Assembly (NCBI GenBank): GCA_020852835.1
Contig: JADZAC010000058.1
Location: 10,743 to 74,742 of the forward strand
Source of the DNA: Flavobacteriales bacterium
Lineage (GTDB): Bacteria; Bacteroidota; Bacteroidia; Flavobacteriales_F; PHOS-HE28
Direction: 5' to 3'
Length of the DNA stretch: 64,000 nucleotides
In this document: positions 18,551-29,600 of the stretch, one piece after another
Numbering within the stretch: position 1 is the first letter of the stretch
Layout: every line of letters starts with the position of its first letter
The notes under the pieces: generated by a model
The model's database searches: none
Told to the model about the DNA's origin: nothing
Seen by the model: only the letters and a program-made list of their open reading frames with translations
Position numbers and translations under genes: made by a program

Positions 18551-18562
18551 CTGCTCTAAGCG

Positions 18563-18636
18563 TGGACCCGTAGGGAGTCGAACCCCAAACCTCCTGATCC
18601 GTAGTCAGGTGCTCTATCCAATTGAGCTACGAGTCC
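18563..18636 (-). tRNA. tRNA-Arg (anticodon ACG)
   Basis: The minus strand reads GGACTCGTAGCTCAATTGGATAGAGCACCTGACTACGGATCAGGAGGTTTGGGGTTCGACTCCCTACGGGTCCA. The acceptor stem is 7 bp (one G.U). The anticodon arm is CCTGA/CTACGGA/TCAGG and the T-loop is GGTTCGA. CCA is not encoded. Confidence 0.92.
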
Positions 18637-18699
18637 AGTACATGCTGCCGGTACAAAGCGGTATTGACCGAAAGCGGCCGCGAATATAATACAGCTTTA

Positions 18700-19506
18700 T
18701 CAACGCGGCTTATAATACTTCATGGCTTCGGCCATGTACGCCTCCAGGTCTGCGATCCGGCGCTCATCGCTGGGGTGAGTGCTGAACAATTCAGGTGGTT
18801 TGGGGCCGCCTTGCTCGGCCATGCGCTGCCAGAATTGGGGAGCTACGCGTGGATCATAGCCGGCCATGGCCATAAAGACCAAACCCAGCTTGTCCGCCTC
18901 GCTTTCCTGTTTGCGGCCATAGGCCATTAGCCCGAGCTGGCCGCCAACGCCAAATGCCTGCATGAACAGGTTGGATGCGGTGGAGGGCTTTTCGGCGAGC
19001 ACCGCCTGGAGCGTAACTCCCGCTCCTTGCATGGCCAAGGCTTGGCTCATGCGCTCATTGCCGTGCCGGGCAATGGCGTGGGCGATCTCATGCCCCATGA
19101 CGAGCGCCAAGCCGGTTTCATCCTTGGTCACAGGCAATATCCCGGTGTACACCACCACTTTGCCGCCAGGCATGCACCAGGCATTCACCGTGGGATCGTC
19201 CACCACATTGAATTCCCACACGAAGTTGGCCACGCGGTCGGCCGCCTTGTGCTCCGTTAAATAGGCCGTGGCGGCTGCGGCCAGTCGCTCGCCGATGCCG
19301 CGCACCAGCTTCACCCGGGCATCAGCGGCCGCCAGCGGCGGATGTTCGTTGAGGAACCCTTGGTATTCGGTGAGGCTCATGCCCATGAGCTCCGATTCCG
19401 GCAGCAGGTTCAACTGGTTTCTTCCCGTAATGGGAACTTTGGAGCAAGCGGCCACCAAAGCCACTACTGCGGCGAGCGAGAGCGATCGGGTCAAAGTCCT
19501 GTTCAT
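18700..19506 (-). CDS. M48-family zinc metallopeptidase lipoprotein
   Basis: Trimmed to ATG 19506 (MNRTLTRSLSLAAVVALVAACS lipobox). It has the HExxH motif HEIAHAIARH and a downstream ESEADKLG. The start overlaps the clpS stop (ATGA). Confidence 0.88.
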   Translation of the reverse strand: MNRTLTRSLSLAAVVALVAACSKVPITGRNQLNLLPESELMGMSLTEYQGFLNEHPPLAAADARVKLVRGIGERLAAAATAYLTEHKAADRVANFVWEFNVVDDPTVNAWCMPGGKVVVYTGILPVTKDETGLALVMGHEIAHAIARHGNERMSQALAMQGAGVTLQAVLAEKPSTASNLFMQAFGVGGQLGLMAYGRKQESEADKLGLVFMAMAGYDPRVAPQFWQRMAEQGGPKPPELFSTHPSDERRIADLEAYMAEAMKYYKPR

Positions 19507-19784
19507 TGGATATCGGCTGAAAGTCCCCGGTTGCAAAGGGCGTGGCACATGGGCTCCAACACCTTGAAGGTGCCGCGCTTCACGCTGCACTTGCCGGTGT
19601 AATGCACCAACCAAGCGCACTGTTCGGCTTGGATGGGGTCGTGGTCGCAGATCTCCATAAGACTTACGATCACGTGCTCAAAGGTGTTCACGTCATCGTT
19701 GTGGAGAATGATCTCCTTGGTATCCTTCCGCTCCAGAAGCAGTTGCTCCAAGAGGTCTTGATCATAGTTCCGCTGCGCGTTCAT
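19503..19784 (-). CDS. clpS: ATP-dependent Clp protease adaptor ClpS
   Basis: IILHNDDVNTFEHVIVSLMEICDHDPIQAEQCAWLVHYTGKCSVKRGTF is the canonical ClpS core. Confidence 0.9.
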   Translation of the reverse strand: MNAQRNYDQDLLEQLLLERKDTKEIILHNDDVNTFEHVIVSLMEICDHDPIQAEQCAWLVHYTGKCSVKRGTFKVLEPMCHALCNRGLSADIQ

Positions 19785-19823
19785 GGCCTGCCTGCCGGGA
19801 TGTCCGCGAAGGTAGGCAACGGC

Positions 19824-22800
19824 TCACTTTCCTTGGTCTGCGGGATCAGCCAGGATCGCCTTGCCGAATTTGGCCAGCAAGACCCGCGCATCGCGCAGGG
19901 GGATGCGTTTGCCGTTGAGGTAGGCCGTAACAAAAGCATCCGAAACTCCCAAGGCCACGGTGGCGTTCTTCCGGAGCACGGCTTGCTGCTCCTCGAGGAA
20001 CATGCCGGTGGTGTAACGGATCTTGGCATTGGCCGTGAGTTCGCTGTTCAGCGGGGTGATATTGAACAGGCGGTCCAATGGTGTGGGCTTGCTGTACACG
20101 CCCACTTGTACCGTAAAGAACAGTCCTTTTACGGTTTCCACTTGCTTGGCCGGTGCTGCCTCAGGATCGGTGTAATAGGCAGCGGCATCGGGCGTTGGCG
20201 CAAAGGCCTCCAGTACGGCTTGCGCGGTTTGGGGGTAAGCGGCAAGCACGGCTGATTCGGCTGCCGCAGTGGCACCTTGCCCGGAAAGGTTGGCCGGCCG
20301 GGTGGCCACCGGTGCCGGCGGCAGGGCTTGGGCTTGTGGCTCGGCCGATCGGCCGCTTCCGCCCACCGAGTGCGCCAGAGGAGCTTGCCGCAGTGCCGCC
20401 TGGCTTGCGGCCAACATGGCTTCACGCAAGGGCACCCGCTTTCCGTCCTGGTAGGCCACGACAAATGCGTCACGGTAGCCTCTTTGCCGAAGTTTGGCGC
20501 CCGCATCAGCGGCACTTGCTGCCGTGGTGAACAACCCGGCGGAGTAGCGCACCACCCCGTCAGCAAGGTGTTCCCCGGCCAATGGGGCAACATCGCTGAA
20601 TGCCTCGGCAGGCAAGGGTTGCCGGAAGGCTCCGACCTGCACCTTGTACACCACGCCCGTCGGCAGGGGAATGTCCATGGGGATAGGCCCTTGGCGGGGC
20701 CCGACATCGGCGCCAACCTCAAACATGTCTTTTTCCAACGGCCCGGCAGCGGTTGCCACGGTTGAAGCTGCTGCACCCGCCGGAGGTACTGCGGACGCCG
20801 GTGCTTCTGATCTCCCGGAGGAGGCCGCAGTAACGGGCGCAACTACCGCTTCGGACCGGCGGGCAGTATCTCCGGCCACGATTGCCGTTACGAGCGCTGT
20901 GGCAGGTGGCTGTGCAGCGCTGCCGGTTGCTGGTTGCACCCCGGCAGCAGGCGCTGCCGCTTCGGCCGTGTTGCTTTGCGGCCTTGATCGGGCCAGCACC
21001 GGCTCCGTACGCCTGCGGGTTTGTTCCAGGCCCATGATCGCTGCCGAGCGATCTGGCGGCAGGCCCTGCATCCATGCAGCCGCTTGTGCATCGATCCGGT
21101 CCGCTGCCGTTTGAGCGCGAAGCGCCGCCTGTTGCAAGGAATCGGCACGCTGGCGCAAGGAAGCAACGCGCAGGTCAAGGTTTCGCACCCTGTCCAATGC
21201 CGTTTGACCGCTCCGCGCCGCGTCGGCTTCACTTTGCAGGCTTTGGGCCAATTCCAGCGCACCATCCGCTTCCAAGCGCGCCCCGACGGCATCCGCCCGT
21301 TGCTCCATGGAGCGGCCCTTCATGAGGAAATACCTGCTTTCATCCGGCCCGGCCAAGATCTGATCGGTTTCGGGCGGATCGAGGTAATAGTAGCGTTGCA
21401 GGTACCCCGCCAGGGTACTGCTATCCGTTTGCACCTGCCCTGCCGCTGACAGGTCGTGCTGCACATCGATCGGCCGTACTGGTGCTCGATCGATCATGGC
21501 ACCGGGATCCACAGCTGTATCCGCCACCATGGGGGTCAGGTTCGCCAGCTGCTCGTTCTCGCCATGGGCAACGGTGTTCGAGGCATCTCCACGATCCAAT
21601 GCAATGGCGGAGGTGTCCTCGGGGAAAAGCCGCTGCTCCACTTCGGCGTAGGTCAAGGTTGCATCCGCCCCATGGCCATGCGCCAGGAGGTAATTGCGAA
21701 CCGTGAGGCTGCGGTCCATGGTCCGCAAGGCCTGCAGTTCTTCGGCATAGGCTGCCCGGTAAAGGGAATCACGCGTGAGGATGTCATTGCCATTGTCCGC
21801 ACGTTTGCGCATGGCACTTGCATGGTTCATGGCCGTTTGGGCCTCCGCCTCATAGGTGCGCGCCATTTGCTCCAGCGGGGCGTTTTGCGGCAACCCCAGT
21901 GCCTGCACCCGCTTGGACAGCACCTTGGCACTGTCCTTTGCCAGTTCAAATTCGTTCCGTGTGATGAAGATGGATCGCTGTCCCGCGTCCACGATATGGA
22001 TCAACAGGTCATCGAGCTTCCGATCGGTACGCTCCACAAGCTGGTCAAAGGCTTTGCCTTCCACCAGTTGGGCTTGTTCCCGCCGCATGCTGTCGATCTC
22101 CAAGCGCAAGTTGTCGGCCAGTTCCATGTCCTGCGCCAGTCTGGCCACTGCACCTTCCACCTTGGGCGCACGGGCTGTCAACGGGGAGTGGTAGATCCGT
22201 GCCATTTCCGGCTCGGGCTTCACGTAGTTGTCATTGTGGGGGGTGGTGGCAGCCGTGGCGGGTGCCGTTTCAGGTTCAGGCAGCGGGAGGCCTGAACGTT
22301 CCATTTGCGCGTCCTCCAAGGCAATGGTTTCCGATGGCTCGTATTGTTGATGGGCTGCGGCCAAAACCCGGTTTGCAGCTTCCACGCGTGCGGCCTTCAA
22401 CCGGCGCCAGCGTTCCAGCCTGGGCAGCAGGTCATTGGCTTGCTCCGGGTGCTGATCCAAGGTGGCGACAGTGCCTTGCATCTGCACCTCAATGCTGTCG
22501 ATCAAACGCATCTCCAAGGCGTGCAAGCGGGCTGCCTTCTCTTGGTCCGTTCCCGGGCCGCCGTAAATGGCATCGCGGAGCAGCCCAAAATCAGGGATCA
22601 CCTCGTTGATCAATTCCTGGTCCAAGATGGAAACATCAAAATCGAGCAGCACATAGCTGTACCTGTCGACTTGCGTGCCCAAGGCCGGATCAAGGCCGGA
22701 CGTCGAGTTTGTTTGGGCCGCATGGATCCTGGCTTTCTGCGCGATTATGGCTTGGTCCAAGCTATCGCGCCGCTCATGATCTTTTTCCGCTTTGCGCAAT

Positions 22801-25800
22801 TGTTCAAGTTCCGCCAGGCCGTTGCGCAGCATGAACGCCTGTTCATCGGCGGGTGCTTCGGGGATGCGGCTTGACTGTGTGCCGGTCGGGACCGCAGGCC
22901 GTTGCTGCTGGCCCGAAGGATCGGCAACCGGCACTGCGGCAGGGTCCATCGCTTGTGCTGTTGCCGTGTCCGTTCTGCCCCCCTCCTGCTTCAGGCCGGG
23001 GTCCGGCATGGCACTGTCGGACAAGGTCACCGGTAATTCCGCCTGGGCATTCCCAACAACGGTAGTTGCTGTGCCTGCAACGGTGGTGCCGGTATCCGTG
23101 GCTTGGTACGCAACAAGCTCTTCCCCCTGTTGGCCAGCGACCGTTGCGGCACCCACCGGTGCCTGCACCTCGAGGCGACCACCAGGAAGGGCATCGTCGG
23201 CAACGTCAACGCCGGCATGCTGTTGCGTTGCACTGTCGGAAACGGCGATCTCGACGGGCATGACCTCCGCCGTGCGATCTCCTTCCGCGGACTGCGTGAC
23301 GGTGGACCGTGCCGCTGGCGCCGGGATCGGCACCTGGAGTTCGGCTTGGCCTGTGTTGGCCGTGGTTGCGCTTGGCTGATCGGTGGTCCGGCTGTCCGCG
23401 CTGGTCGTACCTCCTGCACCATCGCGGTCCGCTGCATATTCCCCTCCGGCAACCTGGCCTTGTGCGGTGAGGGGTGCTTGATCACGCCCTTGCAACCTGC
23501 CCTGTGAAAGGGTTCCGTTGGAAGCTTGGGCCATGGTGGCCGTAGGATCATTGTTTCCGGAGGCCAATGCGGAGGCGATGCCCCAGTTGAAGATGCGCAG
23601 GTCACGCTCAGCGGGACTGGCGGCCACCACGGGCAGGAATTCCTGCGCGATCACCAACTTGGCATTGCTTTCACCCACGCGGGCCAACCGTTGCTCGAGG
23701 TCCTCCGGAATGGACTGCTCCCTCGATTGAAGACCTTGTTCCTTGGCAGCGTCCAAGTAACGCACCAGTTGAACCTGCCCCCGGGCCAAGGCTGCGGCAC
23801 TTTCCGTTTCGCGTGCTTCTTGGAAGGCTTCGTCCACCTCTTCGCGCAGGGCCTGGTCCTGCTCTTGCAGCCCGGCCAGATCGCGTTGAAGGTCCTGTTG
23901 TTTACGCCCTCTGGCGTGTGCCGCTTCGCTGCTCAGGCGTGCCACCCGATCAGCGAGCAATTGCTGTTCTTCACGCTGTGAAGTGGCCCTGCGCAACTTG
24001 GCTTGTGCTTCCGCCTCTGCCTCCGTGGCATTGCGGCGCATCAGCTCGGCATCGTCCGTGCGACCATCCGGGCCTTTGCGGGCATCCACGGCCGACTTCA
24101 GTTGTTTCAATGCTGCCGTAGTGGCTGCGGCATCGTTCGCCGACACGGCACGCTGCAGGGCGGTCTGCAAGGTACGTGCCTGGGTTTCGCGCTGCAGGGT
24201 GGCCGTGCGTGCAGCTGCCATGGTGGTGCTGGTGCGATAGGCCGCCCATGCCCGCTGGCTTGCATCCTCGGAGTTCAGCTTGGCTTGGGCTGCCCTGCGA
24301 AAGAGCTGTTCCTGTTCAGGGGAAGGCTGTTGGGCATGGGCTTGCCGGGCCAGGTTGGCCGCCAATTCCGCTTGCTGCTCACTGGTCTCCAAGTTGGCCA
24401 GTGCAATGTCCATGGCGCCTTTGGACAGGCGTTGCTGCTGCTCGCCCCGCTCCTGCTCCAGGCGTGTTTCAGCCTCTGCCATGCTGACGGCCTGGGCCAT
24501 GGACACGGTACCGTCGAATCCCGCATCTTGCAAGGGATCGTTTGCGGCGGGAACCGGTTGTGCCAATGCCACTGCTGGACGCGGTGCCGTAACGTCCAGG
24601 CGGGCCCTGCGCCGCACCTCCTCCAAGGCCAAGGCCAACAGGTCCCCGTCCAAGGGCTGATCAAAATGGTTCTTGAGCTCCACGGCAATGCCGGCCTTGT
24701 ACACCAAGGCCATTTCCTGCCGGAAGGCTTGCGGAGCGGTACTGGGAGGCACATCCAGTGCTGCCAAATAGCTGCGTTTCTCCGGCCCGGCATCCACCAG
24801 CAGCCTGTACTTGCCCCCGCGTGGAAGCACGAGGGTATAGTTGCCTTGGGCATCGGTGTTGACCTCGGTGATGCGCTCCCCGGTGAGCTCATCTTCCACG
24901 ATGATCCGGGCGCGTTTGTCCGCTGGATCGAGGTTTGATGCGAAGGTGCCTTGGAGCACGGTAACGTTGATGGGGGTTTGGGTGGTGCTGACGCGATAGA
25001 CATGCACCATGTTCTGTTTGGAATCGCGGTTACTGGCGAAGCAAGCCTCCTTGCCGTCGGGCCCGATGATGTACAGCAGCTCATCCGCGGGCGTATTGAC
25101 GGCGAAATCCATGTCTTCCGGAGCGCTGAACACGTCCATGCCCTGGTCGTAGGCGCTTTTGAACACATCATAGCCGCCCATGCTGTTGTGGCCCGTGCTG
25201 CAGAAGAAAAAGGTGCGTTCATCGGCGGCCATCACCGGGAAATCCTCGTCGCCCGGCGTATTAATGTATCCGGCGAGCAGCACCGGGGTGGCATATGCGC
25301 CCGTGGGAAGCAGCTCGGTGCGGTAGATGTCCCTGCCGGACTTGCCGTCTTTGCCATAGCTGCTGAAATAGATGGGGCCGTGCCGGTCCGGCAGGTACAA
25401 GAGGAACCGTTCGCCGCTGCGGCGGTCCATGCCCGAAAGCAATTCCTCCGGGGTGACCACGATCTTGCCGCCGATATCGCCCAGGTCATAGAAGCGGAAG
25501 AAATCGGAGGCTTCCACCTCCACCTTGTTCATCACCTGGATGTCCTTCAGGTTGCTGAGCAGATGCATGCCGTTGCGGCATTGTTGTTCCAAGGCATCCA
25601 CCGGAAAGCGGGAGAGCAATTTTTTGTCGCCGGTACCCCGGAAGTGCTTGTAAGCGTCCACGGCCTCCGGGAACCGGTACTCGAGCTGGTATGCTTTGCC
25701 CAGGAAATACCAGGCAAGGCCGGATGTGGAAGGGCCGGTCAAGGCAAACTTCAGATAGCCCACGGCCTTGGCCTTGTCCTGATCGCCATAGATGGTGCAG

Positions 25801-26015
25801 GCGCCTAGCTTGAAATTGAGGTCATGGTCCTGGGGGGCCAAGCTGACCAGTTGTGAGAACAGCGGATAGGCCTTTGCGTAGGCCCCTTGCTCAAACAAGG
25901 CATCGGCTTCGGCCTTCAGCGCCTTGTCATCGCCCTGCCCCCGCCCTTGGAGAGAGGCCGCCAGCACCAGCAACAAGGCGGTGCAGTAACGCGGCAGGCG
26001 GATCAGGTTGTTCAT
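19824..26015 (-). CDS. Giant (2063 aa) secreted envelope protein: N-terminal TPR + PD40 module, about 1200 aa of coiled-coil/low-complexity sequence, two C-terminal SPOR-like domains
   Basis: Signal peptide MNNLIRLPRYCTALLLVLAASLQG. The N-terminal 450 aa are paralogous to the 385..2577 product (PD40 motifs GPIYFSSYGKDGKSGRDIYR, DERTFFFCSTGHNSMGGYDVF, DGKEACFASNR). The middle is rich in A/Q/E/R. The C-terminal VYKVQVGAF...DAFVVAYQDGKRV (about 20415..20655) and FFTVQVGVY...DAFVTAYLNGKRI (about 19870..20125) look SPOR-like. Confidence 0.8.
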   Translation of the reverse strand: MNNLIRLPRYCTALLLVLAASLQGRGQGDDKALKAEADALFEQGAYAKAYPLFSQLVSLAPQDHDLNFKLGACTIYGDQDKAKAVGYLKFALTGPSTSGLAWYFLGKAYQLEYRFPEAVDAYKHFRGTGDKKLLSRFPVDALEQQCRNGMHLLSNLKDIQVMNKVEVEASDFFRFYDLGDIGGKIVVTPEELLSGMDRRSGERFLLYLPDRHGPIYFSSYGKDGKSGRDIYRTELLPTGAYATPVLLAGYINTPGDEDFPVMAADERTFFFCSTGHNSMGGYDVFKSAYDQGMDVFSAPEDMDFAVNTPADELLYIIGPDGKEACFASNRDSKQNMVHVYRVSTTQTPINVTVLQGTFASNLDPADKRARIIVEDELTGERITEVNTDAQGNYTLVLPRGGKYRLLVDAGPEKRSYLAALDVPPSTAPQAFRQEMALVYKAGIAVELKNHFDQPLDGDLLALALEEVRRRARLDVTAPRPAVALAQPVPAANDPLQDAGFDGTVSMAQAVSMAEAETRLEQERGEQQQRLSKGAMDIALANLETSEQQAELAANLARQAHAQQPSPEQEQLFRRAAQAKLNSEDASQRAWAAYRTSTTMAAARTATLQRETQARTLQTALQRAVSANDAAATTAALKQLKSAVDARKGPDGRTDDAELMRRNATEAEAEAQAKLRRATSQREEQQLLADRVARLSSEAAHARGRKQQDLQRDLAGLQEQDQALREEVDEAFQEARETESAAALARGQVQLVRYLDAAKEQGLQSREQSIPEDLEQRLARVGESNAKLVIAQEFLPVVAASPAERDLRIFNWGIASALASGNNDPTATMAQASNGTLSQGRLQGRDQAPLTAQGQVAGGEYAADRDGAGGTTSADSRTTDQPSATTANTGQAELQVPIPAPAARSTVTQSAEGDRTAEVMPVEIAVSDSATQQHAGVDVADDALPGGRLEVQAPVGAATVAGQQGEELVAYQATDTGTTVAGTATTVVGNAQAELPVTLSDSAMPDPGLKQEGGRTDTATAQAMDPAAVPVADPSGQQQRPAVPTGTQSSRIPEAPADEQAFMLRNGLAELEQLRKAEKDHERRDSLDQAIIAQKARIHAAQTNSTSGLDPALGTQVDRYSYVLLDFDVSILDQELINEVIPDFGLLRDAIYGGPGTDQEKAARLHALEMRLIDSIEVQMQGTVATLDQHPEQANDLLPRLERWRRLKAARVEAANRVLAAAHQQYEPSETIALEDAQMERSGLPLPEPETAPATAATTPHNDNYVKPEPEMARIYHSPLTARAPKVEGAVARLAQDMELADNLRLEIDSMRREQAQLVEGKAFDQLVERTDRKLDDLLIHIVDAGQRSIFITRNEFELAKDSAKVLSKRVQALGLPQNAPLEQMARTYEAEAQTAMNHASAMRKRADNGNDILTRDSLYRAAYAEELQALRTMDRSLTVRNYLLAHGHGADATLTYAEVEQRLFPEDTSAIALDRGDASNTVAHGENEQLANLTPMVADTAVDPGAMIDRAPVRPIDVQHDLSAAGQVQTDSSTLAGYLQRYYYLDPPETDQILAGPDESRYFLMKGRSMEQRADAVGARLEADGALELAQSLQSEADAARSGQTALDRVRNLDLRVASLRQRADSLQQAALRAQTAADRIDAQAAAWMQGLPPDRSAAIMGLEQTRRRTEPVLARSRPQSNTAEAAAPAAGVQPATGSAAQPPATALVTAIVAGDTARRSEAVVAPVTAASSGRSEAPASAVPPAGAAASTVATAAGPLEKDMFEVGADVGPRQGPIPMDIPLPTGVVYKVQVGAFRQPLPAEAFSDVAPLAGEHLADGVVRYSAGLFTTAASAADAGAKLRQRGYRDAFVVAYQDGKRVPLREAMLAASQAALRQAPLAHSVGGSGRSAEPQAQALPPAPVATRPANLSGQGATAAAESAVLAAYPQTAQAVLEAFAPTPDAAAYYTDPEAAPAKQVETVKGLFFTVQVGVYSKPTPLDRLFNITPLNSELTANAKIRYTTGMFLEEQQAVLRKNATVALGVSDAFVTAYLNGKRIPLRDARVLLAKFGKAILADPADQGK

Positions 26016-26021
26016 GCTGCT

Positions 26022-26666
26022 TCAAGAGGTGGATCGGCCCGTAAAGCTCATACGGCCCTCGGTTCCCTTGATCAAGCGGCCGATATTTTGGCGGTGGGTA
26101 TAGAACACCATGAGACAGAGCCCCATGGCGAACACCCGCATCACCACGCTGGGCTCATGGAACACCAGCATGATGGCCAACGGGAAAGCGACCGCGGCCA
26201 CCAAGGAGGACAAGGAGACGAAGTGTGTGACCAGGAAGACCACGAAGAACACGGCGATGCAGATCAGCGCGGAACCCGGGTGGATGGCCAACACCCCGCC
26301 CAAGGAAGTGGCAATGCCTTTCCCTCCGCGGAATCCGGCGAATACAGGATAGAGATGGCCCAAAACGGCGGCTGATACGAGCAACACGCGCAAAAGGGTC
26401 CAAGCGTCCGAATGCGGCTCGGCCCCGCTCCATAAGGGCAACAGCCGCACCGGCAAGAATCCCTTGAGGACATCCAACAGCAGCACAGGCAACCCGGCCT
26501 TCGGCCCCAGCACACGGAAGGTGTTGGTTGCCCCGGCGTTGTGGCTGCCATGCTGGCGCACATCGGTGTTGTAGAAAGCCTTGCCCCACCACACTGAGGT
26601 GGGGATGCTGCCGCTGATGTATGCGATGGCCATGGCCGTAAGTCCGTAGATCCAGGAGAATTCCAT
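26022..26666 (-). CDS. plsY: Glycerol-3-phosphate acyltransferase PlsY
   Basis: AYISGSIPTSVWWGK...DVRQHGSHNAGATNTFRVLG...GFRGGKGIAT are PlsY signature motifs. ATG 26666 is preferred over the TTG at 26672. Confidence 0.92.
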   Translation of the reverse strand: MEFSWIYGLTAMAIAYISGSIPTSVWWGKAFYNTDVRQHGSHNAGATNTFRVLGPKAGLPVLLLDVLKGFLPVRLLPLWSGAEPHSDAWTLLRVLLVSAAVLGHLYPVFAGFRGGKGIATSLGGVLAIHPGSALICIAVFFVVFLVTHFVSLSSLVAAVAFPLAIMLVFHEPSVVMRVFAMGLCLMVFYTHRQNIGRLIKGTEGRMSFTGRSTS

Positions 26667-26668
26667 GT

Positions 26669-29600
26669 TCAAAGTCCGAAGCGGTCGCGGAAGTCGTCCA
26701 CCTTGCGTTTGTTGGTGAGGATGAATTGGTAATCGGGCAGTCCTTTCTTTCCGGGGAACTGGCGTTTGTCGTCCTTGATCTCACTGATCATGGTGTTGAA
26801 CTCGCTGTTGCTGCTGTACACGTACAGGTAGTTGCGCGTGTACTGGAAGAACCAATAGGTCTGTGCATCGAGCATCAAGAGCACGGTCATCACATCCCCG
26901 CTGCGCTTGCGCTCAAATTCCACCTTGCCCTTGATGTAGCGGTAGACCGGTTTCTTCAACACGGTGGCCAGGCCCAGGTCGCCGTTGCTCTGCCAAGCTT
27001 CATCCTTGGCATTCCAATCCAGGTTCAGGTCGCAGAACACGAGTGATTTGACCAGTTCATCGGGCAAGCGCTTGATCTCGCCCTTGATGCTGAGCTCACT
27101 GATGAGCTTATCGCTGCGTTCCTTGCCCAGCATTTCGCGGAGCGAACGCTCGTAGGGGGTTTTGGCGAGGTCCACCTGCTTCTGCTCGGGATAGGCGGCA
27201 ATGTCGGCCACCAGCTTTTCCAGGGCATTTTCCACGAAGGGGAAATCCACGATCATGGTAAGCTTGGCGGTGGTGGCCGCTTCCCCGCCTTTGTATTCCA
27301 GCGTGCCGTAGCCATCGGCCGCCACTTGGCCCAGCTGCACCCCCGGTGTGATGTGGCCATCGGCGGACAAGAGGCAGGAGGTGGTGGAAAGGGCCACCAA
27401 ATTGCCCGGCAGGTTGTTCTGGCGGATCTTGTCCTTGTTGGAGATGAGGTAGGCTGAGCGGACCTTGTCGAAATAGAGCAGCCCCTTGGCGCTGATGATG
27501 TCCCGGTCTTCCTTGTCGCGCTTGCGGCTCAGGAAGGTGCCGTAGGTGAAGAAGGGGTCATCCTTGGTGAGGTAGATCCCCGCGCCCACGGCAAGTCCTT
27601 CGGCGTCCACCAGGGAATCGCTCACGGGAATGAACACCTCCTGCGGGTCGATGCGTCCGGTGAAGGCCATCCAATTGCGGGGAATGCCGGGGCAATCGTG
27701 CATGATGCGCGTATTGCCTGTGAAGGTGAGTTCCTTGATGGAGGCCTCGAGCTTCACGTCGCCGAAGAAATCGAACGCGGGGCTGAGCTGGAAGCCGGCC
27801 TCTTGGGGCACCCGGCCCAGCGCGTAGGTCTGGAAGGTGGTGTCCACATTGATGTTCCTCATCTCAATGGGGAAGACCTTGCCCGTCTGGTCCTTGTAAT
27901 CATAGGTGCCCGAACCGCTGTACTGCCGGCGTGCGGCAATGTTCACCGTGGCATCGTGGATGGTGTGGTACTTGTTCACGAAGTTGGCGGTGACGGTGGC
28001 GTTTCGCAGCGGGTCCATCTTGGCATTGCGCATGATCCGCACCCGCATACTGTCCGGTGTGATCAAGGCGTCAGCCACTTGGATGTACTGCACCTCGTTG
28101 GCCGTAATGAGGTGCTTCTTGAGGTCATACCGGGCCTTGGGGGCCATGAAGCGGAGGGAATCCTGGTCGGGGTGGGTACTGATGAAGTTGCTTCCCGAAA
28201 GTTGCAGGTCCTCGCTGCCGGCGGCGGCGGTGCGGTCGCTTTCCAGTTCAATGTCGCCTTGGTCCATGTACCACTTGAATCGGTCCATGTAGCAGATGTA
28301 CTGGTTGTAGGGGAATTCCACCTTGGTTTCGTTGCCGTTGCTGACAAATTCACCCACGCGCTCATCCAGTTTGATGGTGGCGTTCACGTTGTCGGTCCGG
28401 AAAGCGATGGCAGTGGTATCCCCTTCGGTAAGGCGGAAATCGCTGGTGTCGGCATGGACGTTCATGGTTTTGAACTCGAAAAGCCTGGAACTGAGGGTGG
28501 CATTGGTGAAATCCACCAGGCCGGCACCGGTCATGCCATTGGGTTTGAGCTCGGTTTTGCCGTAAAGGAAGGCTTGCCGGTCATACATCACCATGGGCTT
28601 GTCCAGGTTGCGGGCCAGCAGCACGTCCATGGCCGGCTCAAAGCGGAGGAACACGTTGCTGGCCTGTATGGTGGGCACGCTCAGGGCGGGGCTTTGGGCC
28701 GCGCCGTTGTACAAGGTGTCGGCCACGCCGAAGGTGGTATCCGGGGTAAATACCAGTTCCCTGCTGCGCGCAATGGTGGTGAGATAACTGAAATCGCCCT
28801 CGCCGTGCAGGCCTTTGTGATCGAGCTTGACGGTTTCGGAGAACTTGGCCTTTTTGCCGTAGAGCGGCAACCCGCCCTGGCCCGTTGGGCGGACAAAGCC
28901 CAAGGCATAATCGGGCTGCAGGCGCAGGGTTTCCCGGATGTCCGGGAAGATGCCCGCACTGACCAAGGTGCCATCGAACTTCAGGCCGTCGTTGGTGAAG
29001 TTGTCCAAGCTGTCGATCACGAATGGATCGCTCTTGTAGTAGAAGTTGTCCCGCTTGTAGGCACCTTTCTGTATGGAGGCGCGGTCGTAGAAGACAAAAC
29101 TCTCCCGGGTGCTGTTGAATTTGGGATAGTCGGGGTATTTCTTTTGCTGCAACCCGCTTTTGTTGGACGAAGCGTCCAGTTCCAAGGTGCCTGCCACGTT
29201 CTCCAGCACGTTCTTCACCTTTACCAAGCGCCGGCGGCCTTGTTCGTCGGGTTCAAAGCTGTCCGCCACGAAGGCCACGCTGTCCACATTGAGCAGGTCG
29301 ATGGTGAAGGGCTGGTAGTGGAAGTAGTATTCCTTTCCGTGGAAGGTGAGCTTGCCGGCCTTGATCACCCCGCCGAAGCTGAAGTCCCGGTCCTTTTTTA
29401 CGGTGACCAGCTGGTCTGCGGGATAGATCTTCACATCCTGCGAATCGCTGAGCAGGATGCGCGACACGCCATTGAGCGCAAGGTCGTTGTTGAGCAGGTT
29501 GATGGTGCCGTTGACCCCGTCCGGGCTGTTGCTGTTGAACTGCAGCACGTCGTAGTCCACCTTGCCTGCGCTGGAGAGGATGTGTTGGAGCAAGCGGGGC

